Position numbers and translations under genes: made by a program. A DNA stretch of 62,293 nucleotides. Origin: Verrucomicrobiales bacterium (GTDB lineage: Bacteria; Verrucomicrobiota; Verrucomicrobiia; Verrucomicrobiales; SLCJ01). This document shows positions 27,757 to 37,402 of the stretch, piece after piece (the first letter of the stretch is position 1; each line of letters begins with the position of its first letter). The notes beneath the pieces were generated by a model. That model saw only the letters and a program-made list of their open reading frames with translations, made no database searches and was not told where the DNA came from. The DNA lies in NCBI GenBank assembly GCA_046075565.1, contig JBJTQJ010000115.1, positions 1 through 62,293 on the forward strand, in the 5' to 3' direction.

Positions 27757-29172
27757 TCACCCTGTGATCCCGAAAACCTCGCGGGCATCAGAAATCACAC
27801 CGGTGACGGCGGCGGCCGCAACCATGACCGGGCTCATGAGCACCGTGCGCCCGATCGGGCTGCCCTGGCGACCTTTGAAGTTCCGGTTGCTCGAACTAGC
27901 ACAGAGTTGATCGCCGATGAGTTTATCGGGGTTCATGGCCAGACACATCGAACATCCGGCGCCTCGCCATTCGAATCCGGCTTCACTGAAGACCTTATCG
28001 ATCCCTTCATTCTCACAAAGCACGGCCACGATCTGCGAACCGGGAACGGCAATCGCCTTCACGCCCGCGGCGACTTTGCGTCCTTTGATGAAGCGCGCGA
28101 CTTCACGGAAGTCCGATAGACGCCCGTTCGTGCAGGAACCGACGAAAGCGACATCAATCGGAGTGCCCTTGATGGGAGTGCCGGCCGGAAGCTTCATGTA
28201 TTCGAGAGCTTCTTCGATGGAGGCTTTCTCGACCGGCGTGCCGGCAGCGGCGGGATCGGGAATCGTCTCATTGATGAAAATGCCATGGTCGGGGGAAATC
28301 CCCCACGTCACCGACGGGGCGATGTCCTCCGCGCGGATATTGACCACGTCGTCGTAAACGGCATCGTTGTCGGATGCGAAGGACTTCCACCGCCCGACTG
28401 CTTCGTCAAAAGCAGCGCCTTTCGGCACGTAGGGACGACCTCGGAGATAGTCGCAGGTCTTTTGATCCGGATTCACATAACCGCAGCGCGCCCCTCCTTC
28501 GATGGACATGTTGCAGACGGTCATGCGCTCTTCCATGGTGAAATTGTCGAATAGACTTCCACCATATTCATATGCGTAACCTATGCCGCCTTTGGCACCC
28601 AAGAGCTTGATGATGTGCAGAATGACATCCTTGGCGTAGACGCCGGGGCGAAGTTCACCATCCACATTGATCCGGCGCACTTTCATCTCGCTCATCGCCA
28701 TGGTCTGGGTGGCTAACACATCGCGCACCTGGGTGGTGCCGATGCCAAAGGCAATGGCTCCGAAAGCTCCGTGGGTCGCCGTGTGCGAGTCTCCGCAAGC
28801 GATGGTCGTGCCAGGTTGGGTGATTCCCTGCTCCGGACCGACCACGTGCACGATACCCTGTTTTCCGCTGCGGAGATCGAAATAGGTGATATCGAACTCA
28901 TCGGCATTGCGGCGGAGTTCTTTGATCATTCCAGCGGCCAGGGGATCGGCAAAAGGCTCCTCGACTTGGTCGGTGGGCACGATGTGGTCCACGGTCGCGA
29001 AGGTGCGCTCTGGAAAACGGACCTTCAGGCCCAGGTCGCGCAGCATGCCGAAAGCCTGCGGGCTGGTCACCTCATGGATAAGGTGGGTGCCGATGAGGAT
29101 TTGCGTCTGGCCGTTCGGGAGCACACGCACTTTGTGCGCGTCCCACACTTTTTGATAAAGGGTTTTGCCCAT
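27757..29172 (-). CDS. leuC: 3-isopropylmalate dehydratase large subunit
   Basis: [47 protein letters not shown]. Confidence 0.96.
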   Translation of the reverse strand: MGKTLYQKVWDAHKVRVLPNGQTQILIGTHLIHEVTSPQAFGMLRDLGLKVRFPERTFATVDHIVPTDQVEEPFADPLAAGMIKELRRNADEFDITYFDLRSGKQGIVHVVGPEQGITQPGTTIACGDSHTATHGAFGAIAFGIGTTQVRDVLATQTMAMSEMKVRRINVDGELRPGVYAKDVILHIIKLLGAKGGIGYAYEYGGSLFDNFTMEERMTVCNMSIEGGARCGYVNPDQKTCDYLRGRPYVPKGAAFDEAVGRWKSFASDNDAVYDDVVNIRAEDIAPSVTWGISPDHGIFINETIPDPAAAGTPVEKASIEEALEYMKLPAGTPIKGTPIDVAFVGSCTNGRLSDFREVARFIKGRKVAAGVKAIAVPGSQIVAVLCENEGIDKVFSEAGFEWRGAGCSMCLAMNPDKLIGDQLCASSSNRNFKGRQGSPIGRTVLMSPVMVAAAAVTGVISDAREVFGITG

Positions 29173-29214
29173 GGGTGAGTCGGAAAGAAGTTGGGGTCCA
29201 GATTGGGAGCGGAA

Positions 29215-29243
29215 ACCATACGCACGGGCCGCGGTTCTGTCCA
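29215..29243 (-). promoter_or_regulatory. Putative sigma70 promoter for leuC (TGGACA-N17-TATGGT)
   Basis: Consensus-like hexamers at 17-bp spacing on the minus strand. Confidence 0.5.
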
Positions 29244-29384
29244 CTTCATTGGCATTGATTCTGAGGGCCAGGGGTGGGCTGCCAATGCCGCCCCCTACCC
29301 TGCCGGCTTCCCAAACGTCCAAATTTCCGAAATCCCGGAAAACGGGGCTTGTCAAACCCTGCCGGATTGCGTTCGATGGGTCCC

Positions 29385-29933
29385 ATGCTTCAGAAATTCC
29401 TCACCCTCGTCCCCGTTTCCGCCCTGATTTCCCTCGCCATGGCCGGGGCCGCTTACGGGCAATCATCCACCGAGGACAAAGCCGTCATCGAAGCCAGACG
29501 GGAAATCATCCGCCTCGAAATGGAAGTCGAGCGCCTAAGCCCGCCTCTGGCGACCTCGAATCCGGCCCTCAAGGCGGCCATCGACGAGGCGAAAAACTCT
29601 TCCCTTGCCATGATGGAGGCGATTGCCGACGACCCATCGCTCCAAGCAGCTCGCCTGCGGCTCTCCGAGACCGAACAGCAAATGGCGAGTGCCATGAAAG
29701 CCGGCGACCAGACAGCCCGGGCTGCTGCCGATGATGCCGTGCGCAAAGCCACCGAAGCCCTCTACAACCAAGCCTACGCCATCCCGGCCATCGCCGCCCT
29801 TCGCGATGCTTCCGCAGACGCTGGAAAACGCCTGAGCGCCGCCCGCGAAGCCGCTGTCGCCTCGACCGCCGATGGCAAATCCATCGTTGAAAAACTCATC
29901 GCCGCCCGAGCCGTGCTCAAAGCTGAGCCCTGA
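29385..29933 (+). CDS. Secreted alpha-helical hypothetical protein
   Basis: Signal peptide (AYG|Q), Ala/Glu-rich helical sequence. Confidence 0.7.
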   Translation: MLQKFLTLVPVSALISLAMAGAAYGQSSTEDKAVIEARREIIRLEMEVERLSPPLATSNPALKAAIDEAKNSSLAMMEAIADDPSLQAARLRLSETEQQMASAMKAGDQTARAAADDAVRKATEALYNQAYAIPAIAALRDASADAGKRLSAAREAAVASTADGKSIVEKLIAARAVLKAEP

Positions 29934-30047
29934 AGGCTAGATCTAGAAGCTCTTGCTGCGATTGATGATTGCTGATTTCCGCAATCAGATCGACTGTTTG
30001 CGGTGCGGTGCGTGAATCGAACCGTACTCCGCCAGATTCGAGCTTCC

Positions 30048-31832
30048 ATGTTCGCCAATATCGCCGCTTACCAATTCGCCCGCATGGATGGGCTCAAAGA
30101 ATTGCGCCCTCGCCTGCTCGAGCGGTGCAAGCATCTTGGATTAAAAGGCACCATCTTGCTCGCCCCCGAAGGCATCAATCTTTTCCTTGCGGGACAGCCC
30201 GATTCAGTCGAAACCCTGCTCGGAGAGTTGCGCTTGCTGCCGGGTCTCGGCGGCTTGAAACCGAAATACAGCGAGAGCGCGACCCAGCCATTCTCGCGGA
30301 TGCTGGTGCGCCTGAAAAAGGAAATCATCGCCTTTGGCGTTCCCGGTGTCGATCCCGCCACTTACACCTCCCCGCGCATCGAACCGCGCGAACTGAAACG
30401 CTGGCTCGACGAAGAGAAGCCGGTCATCCTTCTCGATACCCGCAACGATTATGAAATCAAGCTGGGCACCTTCCGGAACGCGGTTCCAGCCCGCATCAGC
30501 CACTTCCGCAATTTTCCCGCCGCCGTGGCCAAGCTGCCGGAATCGATGAAATCAATCCCCGTGGTGACTTTTTGCACCGGTGGTATCCGCTGCGAGAAAG
30601 CCGCTCCCTTTATGGAACAAGCCGGCTTTCAGGAAGTGTATCAACTCGAAGGCGGCATCTTGAAATACTTCGAGGAAATGGGTTCGGAGCATTATGAAGG
30701 TGAATGTTTTGTCTTCGACCAACGCGTCGGAGTTGATCCCGCACTCCAGGAAACAAGCTCGCATGTTTGCCATGCCTGCCAGACCCCGCTCACCGAAGCG
30801 GAACAGCAGGATCCTCGCTTCGTTGAAAATGTTTCCTGCCCGTATTGCTATCGCACCGACGAGGAAAAGAGCAGACAAAGCCAGGAGGAACTGCAAGGCA
30901 GGCTGGACGCCGTAAGTTCTCCTTTGCCGGGAAGCCAACCAGTGGAGAATCGCCGTCCTCTGCGTATACCCGGCGCTTTTGACGGACAGTCGCTCATCGA
31001 TGCTCTCGCTGGCATTTTTCACCACATTTCGCCGCAGACCTGGCAAGAACGAATCAACAGCGACCAGCTGCTCGCACCTTCAGGAAAACCCGCGAACGTG
31101 GATCAAATCGTCCGGTCGGGCGAGGAATTCATCCGCCTTTCTCCCGCCGAGATCGAGCCCGCCGTCAATGCACGGTTGCGTGTGATCCATCTGGATTCCG
31201 CGCTCCTCGTCTTGAACAAACCCGCACCCCTTCCCCTGCATCCTTGCGGTCGTTACCACCGCAACACGCTGCGCCAACTCCTCTCCCTCGCCTGTCATCC
31301 CGAGCACCCCCGCCCGGCCCACCGTCTCGATGCCAACACCACTGGTGTGCTGGTCTGCGCCCGCACACGGCATTTTGCCAAACTGCTCCAACCCCAATTC
31401 GCCCGCGGGGAAGTGGAAAAAGTCTACCTCGCCCGCGTCCATGGCCATCCCCAATCCGACGACTTCTCCGTGGATTCCCCAATTGGCACCACACCCGGAC
31501 CCATGGGCTCCCGCGAGGTCGATGATGACGATGGTCAGGAAGCAATCAGCATCTTTCGGGTGCTGCGGCGATCTCCCGATGGCACAAGCTTGCTGGAAGC
31601 GAGACCAACCACCGGCAGGACCAACCAACTCCGCCTCCACCTGTGCGACGCTGGATTCCCCATTGTCGGAGATCCGATCTACGGGGATGCCCGCGACTCC
31701 GGCGAGCCCATGACCCTCGACCTCTCCGCTCCTCCCATGTGCTTGCACGCCTTGCGCCTCTCATTCTTCCATCCCATCAGTGGCACCCGCGTCGAATTCT
31801 CGGCCGATGCCCCCGCATGGGCTATGGAATGA
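30048..31832 (+). CDS. trhO: TrhO (UPF0176 rhodanese, tRNA U34 hydroxylase) fused to an RluA-family pseudouridine synthase
   Basis: GTILLAPEGIN, LDTRNDYE, FCTGGIRCEKA, GGILKY, CFVFD; then NKP, HRLDANTTG, TGRTNQLR, IVGDP.YG, LHA. Confidence 0.9.
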   Translation: MFANIAAYQFARMDGLKELRPRLLERCKHLGLKGTILLAPEGINLFLAGQPDSVETLLGELRLLPGLGGLKPKYSESATQPFSRMLVRLKKEIIAFGVPGVDPATYTSPRIEPRELKRWLDEEKPVILLDTRNDYEIKLGTFRNAVPARISHFRNFPAAVAKLPESMKSIPVVTFCTGGIRCEKAAPFMEQAGFQEVYQLEGGILKYFEEMGSEHYEGECFVFDQRVGVDPALQETSSHVCHACQTPLTEAEQQDPRFVENVSCPYCYRTDEEKSRQSQEELQGRLDAVSSPLPGSQPVENRRPLRIPGAFDGQSLIDALAGIFHHISPQTWQERINSDQLLAPSGKPANVDQIVRSGEEFIRLSPAEIEPAVNARLRVIHLDSALLVLNKPAPLPLHPCGRYHRNTLRQLLSLACHPEHPRPAHRLDANTTGVLVCARTRHFAKLLQPQFARGEVEKVYLARVHGHPQSDDFSVDSPIGTTPGPMGSREVDDDDGQEAISIFRVLRRSPDGTSLLEARPTTGRTNQLRLHLCDAGFPIVGDPIYGDARDSGEPMTLDLSAPPMCLHALRLSFFHPISGTRVEFSADAPAWAME

Positions 31833-31916
31833 GCTATCCCTGTCTAACGTTCACGCTAACAAATGGTCGAGGAGGATTCAGCCGCGTCACCGCTCTCTTT
31901 CAATTCACCGGCCGCT

Positions 31917-32501
31917 TCATCTCCTCCTCAGCACCGCACCCCATTCCTCGCCGTCGCGACCGGGAAAGGTCGTGTGAACCGCTCCGGCGCGCACGACTTC
32001 GAAGTCGGCTGCAAAAATCGCGCGCCATTCGGGCTGCGGGCAATTCCAGGGCGGACCGGAGCCACCGTCGTCCAATTCGATGAAGAACACCCCGCAGAGA
32101 AATCCACCGGATGGCAGGGCACGGGCGGCGGCGGCGGCATAGGCCTCGCGTTGGGTCGGATGAATGGCGCAAAAGCAGGTGTGCTCCCAAATCAGGGCGA
32201 TGGGACCGAAGGTCGGGTCGATACCCCCGGAGAGGAAATCGCCAAGATGCGCTTCCACGCGGGGAAAATGCAGGTTGTTCTTCCGGGCGGCTTCGACGGC
32301 GCTCGGCGCGATGTCGAGGCCGATAATCCGGCGCGTGGAATGGGTTTCCGCGAGGGCGGCCAAATCCCAACCGGCTCCGCACCCGGGCGCGAGGATGGCC
32401 CCCTCGGGCAGGGTCTGGTTGGCCAGTTCGCCCGTCACGGGGTGGGATCTTCCTTTATCCCAGGGCGTGTCTTGGTTTTGGTAACGTGATTCCCAGTCCA
32501 T
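31917..32501 (-). CDS. Thiopurine/halide S-methyltransferase-family SAM methyltransferase
   Basis: W..RY...DTPWDKG, PGCGAG.D, EHTCFCAI.P, GPPW. Confidence 0.88.
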   Translation of the reverse strand: MDWESRYQNQDTPWDKGRSHPVTGELANQTLPEGAILAPGCGAGWDLAALAETHSTRRIIGLDIAPSAVEAARKNNLHFPRVEAHLGDFLSGGIDPTFGPIALIWEHTCFCAIHPTQREAYAAAAARALPSGGFLCGVFFIELDDGGSGPPWNCPQPEWRAIFAADFEVVRAGAVHTTFPGRDGEEWGAVLRRR

Positions 32502-32566
32502 GAAATTCTCTGATTTTTTTCGAACCCGGTATTGTCAGCGGGTCCGGGCCTTGCCATACTCCAGTC

Positions 32567-33280
32567 ATGAGGAATCGCAACCAAATCCTTGCCACGGTCG
32601 CTGGAGCGGTCGCCCTAGCGGCCATTCTCGGGGGCGCATGGTATTACAAACAGATCCAATTGGAAAGTTTGAAGGACCAGCGGGCTGGTGGTCCGGCCGC
32701 AAAGCCGCGGATTCTGAGCGAGTTCGAACCCGTGCGCGACAATGTCGCGGTGGCGGTTCCGGAAACCGCACTCGGCCATCGGGTGTCGTTGCGGGATGAG
32801 AAAAAGGAAGCGAGTTACCTGGTCTCCCAGTATTTCGTGGAATGTCCGCCGCTCACGGCGGATGAAGCCGACAAGGCGGCCTTAGCCCGCATCGCCCGTT
32901 ACTTCGGCGATGTGCCTCTCGAGAAACTTTTGGAAATGGGCCAGGCCGCGAAGGACTTCACGCTCCGCCAGTTGTCCACTCGACCCTTCAAGCTGGCCAC
33001 TCTTTTCCGCCAAACTCCCGACCGCCAAGGCATCTACGGGTTCATCATCCTGCGCGCCGAAGACGGCACGGAGGAACACCTCTCCGAGCTACTGGTCGCT
33101 GAAGGACTGGGCTCCATCACGGTTCAGGGCAACTATCTGCCCTACGGGGAGAGAGCGGAGGACTTCCGCAAACATCTCGTGAATCTTGAAAAGAAGGCCA
33201 AGGAGGAAAAACGCGGTATCTGGGCCTTTTCACGCAAGCCCGATGAAGCAGGGGCAAGCGGGGCGACCACCCAGCCGTGA
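32567..33280 (+). CDS. Membrane-anchored thermonuclease (SNase)-like protein with degenerate active site
   Basis: N-terminal TM; YFVECP, G..AKDFT, LSELLVAEGLG, EKKAKEEKRGIW. Confidence 0.7.
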   Translation: MRNRNQILATVAGAVALAAILGGAWYYKQIQLESLKDQRAGGPAAKPRILSEFEPVRDNVAVAVPETALGHRVSLRDEKKEASYLVSQYFVECPPLTADEADKAALARIARYFGDVPLEKLLEMGQAAKDFTLRQLSTRPFKLATLFRQTPDRQGIYGFIILRAEDGTEEHLSELLVAEGLGSITVQGNYLPYGERAEDFRKHLVNLEKKAKEEKRGIWAFSRKPDEAGASGATTQP

Positions 33281-33301
33281 ATTCTGGCCGTCGTCGCAAC
33301 C

Positions 33302-34450
33302 ATGTTCACTTTGTTACACGAGGATTCCGGCACGCGGGCACGGCGCGGGCGGTTGGTTCTGCCGCACGGCGAGGTGGAAACACCGGTCTTCATGCCGGTG
33401 GGCACACAAGGAGCGGTGAAGACCCTGCATCCTGATGACCTGCGCGGTCTCGGCGCCGGCATTATTCTTGGAAACACCTACCACTTGTTCCTGCGGCCCG
33501 GTTTGGATGTCTTGCGCGAGTTGCGCGGACTCCATGCCTTCAGCACCTGGGATCGTTGTTTGCTCACCGACTCGGGAGGATTCCAAGTGTGGTCGCTGGC
33601 GAAACTACGGAAGATCAGCGAAGAAGGCGTGCATTTTCAAAACCATCTCAATGGCGCGCCGATGTTCCTTTCGCCGGAAGTGTCGATGGAAATCCAGGGC
33701 GTGCTCGGCAGCGACATCGCAATGATCTTCGACGAATGCCCGCCTTATCCCTGCGACCGCGCCTATGCCGAAAACAGCACGGAGCTAACAACCCGCTGGG
33801 GTGCGCGCTGCCGGAAATGGATCGACTCGCATCGACCACAAAGCGGTGGCGGCCTCGGACGCCAGCACCATTTCGGGATTGTCCAAGGGTCCGTCTATGC
33901 CGACCTGCGGGAAAAAAGCGCCCGCGCGCTCGTGGACGTCGGCTTCGATGGTTACGCCATCGGCGGGGTGAGCGTGGGCGAACCGGAAGAGGAAATGCTG
34001 CGCGCCATCGATCATGCGACGCCATTTCTTCCGAAGGACAAACCCCGCTACGCCATGGGCCTCGGCACACCGCCGCAGATCCTCCGGATGGTCGCCCGGG
34101 GCGTGGACATGTTCGACTGCGTCCACCCCACGAGGGCGGCCCGGCACGGGCTCGCCTTCACCGCCGACGGACCGTTGAACCTGAAAAATGCCCGCTTCGA
34201 AAAAGATCCGGCCCCCTTGCACGAAGACACCCATGAAGCGGTGCGGCCGTTTTCCCGCGCCTACCTGCGGCATCTTTTCAAAGCCGGAGAGTTGCTCGCC
34301 TTGCGTTTGCTCACCTTGCACAACCTGCACTTTTATCTCGGTCTCATGGCTCAAGCGAGAGAGGCTATCGCGGCGAATCGATATGCGGAGTTTATGGAAG
34401 AAACCATTCTTCGCTACGAAAGACGCGGGCTGGCGAGTGATGGGGAGTGA
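33302..34450 (+). CDS. tgt: tRNA-guanine transglycosylase
   Basis: TPVFMPVGT, NTYHL, TDSGGFQV, DECPP, GIVQG, GGVSVGE, DMFDCV. Confidence 0.96.
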   Translation: MFTLLHEDSGTRARRGRLVLPHGEVETPVFMPVGTQGAVKTLHPDDLRGLGAGIILGNTYHLFLRPGLDVLRELRGLHAFSTWDRCLLTDSGGFQVWSLAKLRKISEEGVHFQNHLNGAPMFLSPEVSMEIQGVLGSDIAMIFDECPPYPCDRAYAENSTELTTRWGARCRKWIDSHRPQSGGGLGRQHHFGIVQGSVYADLREKSARALVDVGFDGYAIGGVSVGEPEEEMLRAIDHATPFLPKDKPRYAMGLGTPPQILRMVARGVDMFDCVHPTRAARHGLAFTADGPLNLKNARFEKDPAPLHEDTHEAVRPFSRAYLRHLFKAGELLALRLLTLHNLHFYLGLMAQAREAIAANRYAEFMEETILRYERRGLASDGE

Positions 34451-34498
34451 GTGGGAGGAAGGGCAAAACCGGGTCTACTTCGCCAAGGCTTCGAAGGC

Positions 34499-34589
34499 TT
34501 CAACGGTCTTGCTACGGCTCCGTTCGTCGCTCACAGACCAATTCCCCTTGAGTCTCCATGCCAGTCGTAGCAAGAGCGTCTCGCTCTTG
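34499..34589. repeat. GTAG-type REP pair (GTAGCAAGAGCG-tct-CGCTCTTG at 34567-34589, degenerate partner near 34499-34515)
   Basis: Palindrome read directly; a related copy lies at 53890-53911. Confidence 0.65.
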
Positions 34590-34621
34590 CCGCGGAAAGC
34601 ACTGGGCAACACGCCTCCACT

Positions 34622-35551
34622 TCACAACGGCAATCTTAGCTCCTCCGGCTTCGATCGTTCCTCCGACAACCTCTGGATCGCCAGTTTGTTATAGGCGGTG
34701 TCGAGTTCGATGCTAGTGCAGACGCGACCGAGTCGCCGGCAGGCGACGGCAGTGGTGCCGCTGCCACTGAAGGGATCGAGCACATGGTCCCCCGGCTTGG
34801 TGGAAGCGAGGATGATGCGCTGGATCAAGGCGAGCGGTTTTTGGGTCGGGTGTTTGCCGCCGCGTTTTTCTCCCGCTGACGCGGCCGACAGTTTCCAGAC
34901 CGACTTCATCTGCTTGCCACCGTTGGCCTTGCGCATGGCCTGGTAATTGAAGAGATGCCGGCTCTTCGCGTCGCGGGCGGCCCAGAGAATGGTTTCGGTG
35001 GAATGCGTGAAATACCGGCAGGAAAGGTTCGGCGGCGGGTTGGGCTTTTCCCAGGCGATGTCGTTGAGAACTTTCATCCCAAGCTGTTGCATGGCGAAGC
35101 CGATGGAAAAGATAACATGGTGCGTGCCACTGACCCAGAGGGTGCCGTCGGGTTTGAGCAGGCGTTGGCAGCGCTTGAGCCATTCGAGATTGAAGGCATG
35201 ATTTAAATCAGGTCCGCGCGATTGATCCCAGTCCCCCTTGTCCACTTTCACCATCTTCCCGGCCTGGCAGGTAATACCGCCATTGGATAGGAAATACGGC
35301 GGGTCGGCGAAGATGGCATCGAAAACCCCTTCCGGATGCGCATGGATAAAAGCGTCCAGCACTTCCAGAGAATTGCCCTCGTAAAGGCGAATCCCGCGTT
35401 TGTCATCCCGATAGGCCAGCGATGGCGCCGGGACACCCGGAGAGGGCTCCCCTTCCCCGGCCACGATATTCCCTTCCGCGTCCAGAAGATACGCGGGTGC
35501 GGGTTCGTCGCCGGTGGTCGCGGGAGGATTGGGCTTCGCTCGATTTTTCAC
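34622..35551 (-). CDS. Beta-class N6-adenine DNA methyltransferase, DpnA/M2.DpnII-like, orphan
   Basis: DPPYFLSNGGITC, KGDWD, W.KPNPPPNL, KHPTQKP, LDPFSGSGTT (catalytic motif before SAM motif); GTG start at 35551 inferred. Confidence 0.88.
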   Translation of the reverse strand: MKNRAKPNPPATTGDEPAPAYLLDAEGNIVAGEGEPSPGVPAPSLAYRDDKRGIRLYEGNSLEVLDAFIHAHPEGVFDAIFADPPYFLSNGGITCQAGKMVKVDKGDWDQSRGPDLNHAFNLEWLKRCQRLLKPDGTLWVSGTHHVIFSIGFAMQQLGMKVLNDIAWEKPNPPPNLSCRYFTHSTETILWAARDAKSRHLFNYQAMRKANGGKQMKSVWKLSAASAGEKRGGKHPTQKPLALIQRIILASTKPGDHVLDPFSGSGTTAVACRRLGRVCTSIELDTAYNKLAIQRLSEERSKPEELRLPL

Positions 35552-35674
35552 CGTGGCATTTAGCCGCAGGGCCGGGGCAAGGTCAAGAGGCCGGAAGCGG
35601 GGCCGGCATTTCCAAGGCAAAATGCCGCATCGGCGCTGGAAAGTTTCCTTTTCCCGCGCCATGTTGCGGGCTCC

Positions 35675-37261
35675 ATGTCCAAGCCGTATTACATCACGAC
35701 CGCGATTGACTACACCAATGGCGCCCCGCACATCGGCCACGCCTATGAAAAGGTGCTGGCCGACACGCTCGCCCGATACCACCGTTTCGCCGGGCGCGAG
35801 GTGTATTTTCTGAGCGGGGTGGATCAACACGGCCAAAAGGTCCAGCAGTCGGCAGAGAAGGAAGGCATCGCACCCAAGGAATTTTCCGAAAGAACGGCCG
35901 GGCTCTTCCGCGCCCTCTGGCAAAAACTCGGGGTCGTCTATGACGGCTGGGCCGCCACCACCGACCCGCGCCACCATCAGTGCGTGCAACGCGTCCTGAC
36001 CCTACTCAACGAAGAAGGCCAGCTCTACAAGAAAGCCCATCGCGGATTCTACTCGGTGCGCCAGGAGCAATTCCTCACCGACAAGGAACGCGGGCCCGAC
36101 GGCCAGTTTGGACCGGAATGGGGACAGGTGATCGAACTGGAGGAAGAGAACTGGTATTTCAAACTCTCCGAACATGTCGAGTGGTTGAAGGCTTACGTCG
36201 CCGGCCGCGAGGACAGCGTCATTCCAGGTTTCCGCCGCCAGGAACTGCTCAATGCCATTGAACGCGCGGAAGCTACCGACCTCTGCATTACCCGACCGAA
36301 ATCCCGCCTGCAATGGGGTATCGAAATCCCCTTCGACAGCGACTACGTGAACTACGTCTGGTTCGACGCGCTCATGAACTACGCGTCCTTCGCCGGATTC
36401 CTCGCCGACCCGGAAAGCGGACTGCCGGATTTCGAAAAACTCTGGCCGGCCGATCTTCAAATCATCGGCAAGGACATCCTCGTGCCCCCGCATGGCGTCT
36501 ATTGGCTCATTATGCTGCACGCCCTCGGCATCCCCAATGAGAAGATGCCGCGCCTGCTCGTGCACGGCTGGTGGAACCTGCGCGGACGCGACGGGCAGAG
36601 TGAAAAGATGTCGAAGTCACTCGGCAACGTGGTGGATCCCGATGCGCTGGCCGATGAATTCGGTGCCGATGGCTTGCGCTATTATCTGATGCGCGACATC
36701 GCAACCGGCCATGACGCCGACTTCTCACACGAGCGGCTTTTCTCGCGCTACAATGCCGATCTTGCCAACGATCTCGGCAACCTCGCCAATCGCACGCTGA
36801 ACATGATTCAACGTTACCGCGAGGGCAAAGTCACGCGCGGCAGCTACGACGACGAAAACTGCGCCGAGCTGCGCGGGCTCGCGTCAACCACTCTCGATGC
36901 TTACCGAACGGCCATGGAAAACCACCTGCCCCACGCTGCGCTCGAGGCGGTCTGGCATTGGGTGGTCGCCTGCAACCAGTTCATCGATAAAACCCAGCCG
37001 TTCAAGCTGGCCAAAGATCCCGAGGCCGCCGAACGTCTCGATGCCGTCCTTTACCACCTCGCCGACACAATATCTCGGGTGAGCCTGCTCGTCGCACCGG
37101 TTATGCCCGGTGCGGCGGTGAAGCTGATGGACCAACTCCAGCTCACTCCGGCCCAGCGGGCGCTCCGACTCGACGGGCTCGCGGAACCCATACTCCCGGA
37201 CGGCCACCTCACCGGTAAGCCGGAGCCGATTTTCCCACGCAAAGAGGTTCCCGCCGAGTAA
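35675..37261 (+). CDS. metG: Methionine--tRNA ligase (short form)
   Basis: YYITTAIDY.NG.PHIGH, YVWFDAL, IGKDI, KMSKS. Confidence 0.96.
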   Translation: MSKPYYITTAIDYTNGAPHIGHAYEKVLADTLARYHRFAGREVYFLSGVDQHGQKVQQSAEKEGIAPKEFSERTAGLFRALWQKLGVVYDGWAATTDPRHHQCVQRVLTLLNEEGQLYKKAHRGFYSVRQEQFLTDKERGPDGQFGPEWGQVIELEEENWYFKLSEHVEWLKAYVAGREDSVIPGFRRQELLNAIERAEATDLCITRPKSRLQWGIEIPFDSDYVNYVWFDALMNYASFAGFLADPESGLPDFEKLWPADLQIIGKDILVPPHGVYWLIMLHALGIPNEKMPRLLVHGWWNLRGRDGQSEKMSKSLGNVVDPDALADEFGADGLRYYLMRDIATGHDADFSHERLFSRYNADLANDLGNLANRTLNMIQRYREGKVTRGSYDDENCAELRGLASTTLDAYRTAMENHLPHAALEAVWHWVVACNQFIDKTQPFKLAKDPEAAERLDAVLYHLADTISRVSLLVAPVMPGAAVKLMDQLQLTPAQRALRLDGLAEPILPDGHLTGKPEPIFPRKEVPAE

Positions 37262-37402
37262 CCGGAGGCGGGCAAAAAACGTGGTGGCTCATCCCACCAC
37301 CGTCGGGGAACGCCGTAAAGGAAATCTCCTGCGAGGAGGCAAGAAAAGACGCCCATTCGTCCCCTTGACCACGGGGGGATGCTCGGGGAAATTGCCCGTT
37401 CC

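Noticed and set aside
27757-29172. leuC without an adjacent leuD
   Set aside because: Split leu genes are common; no attenuator peptide was seen, so it is not notable
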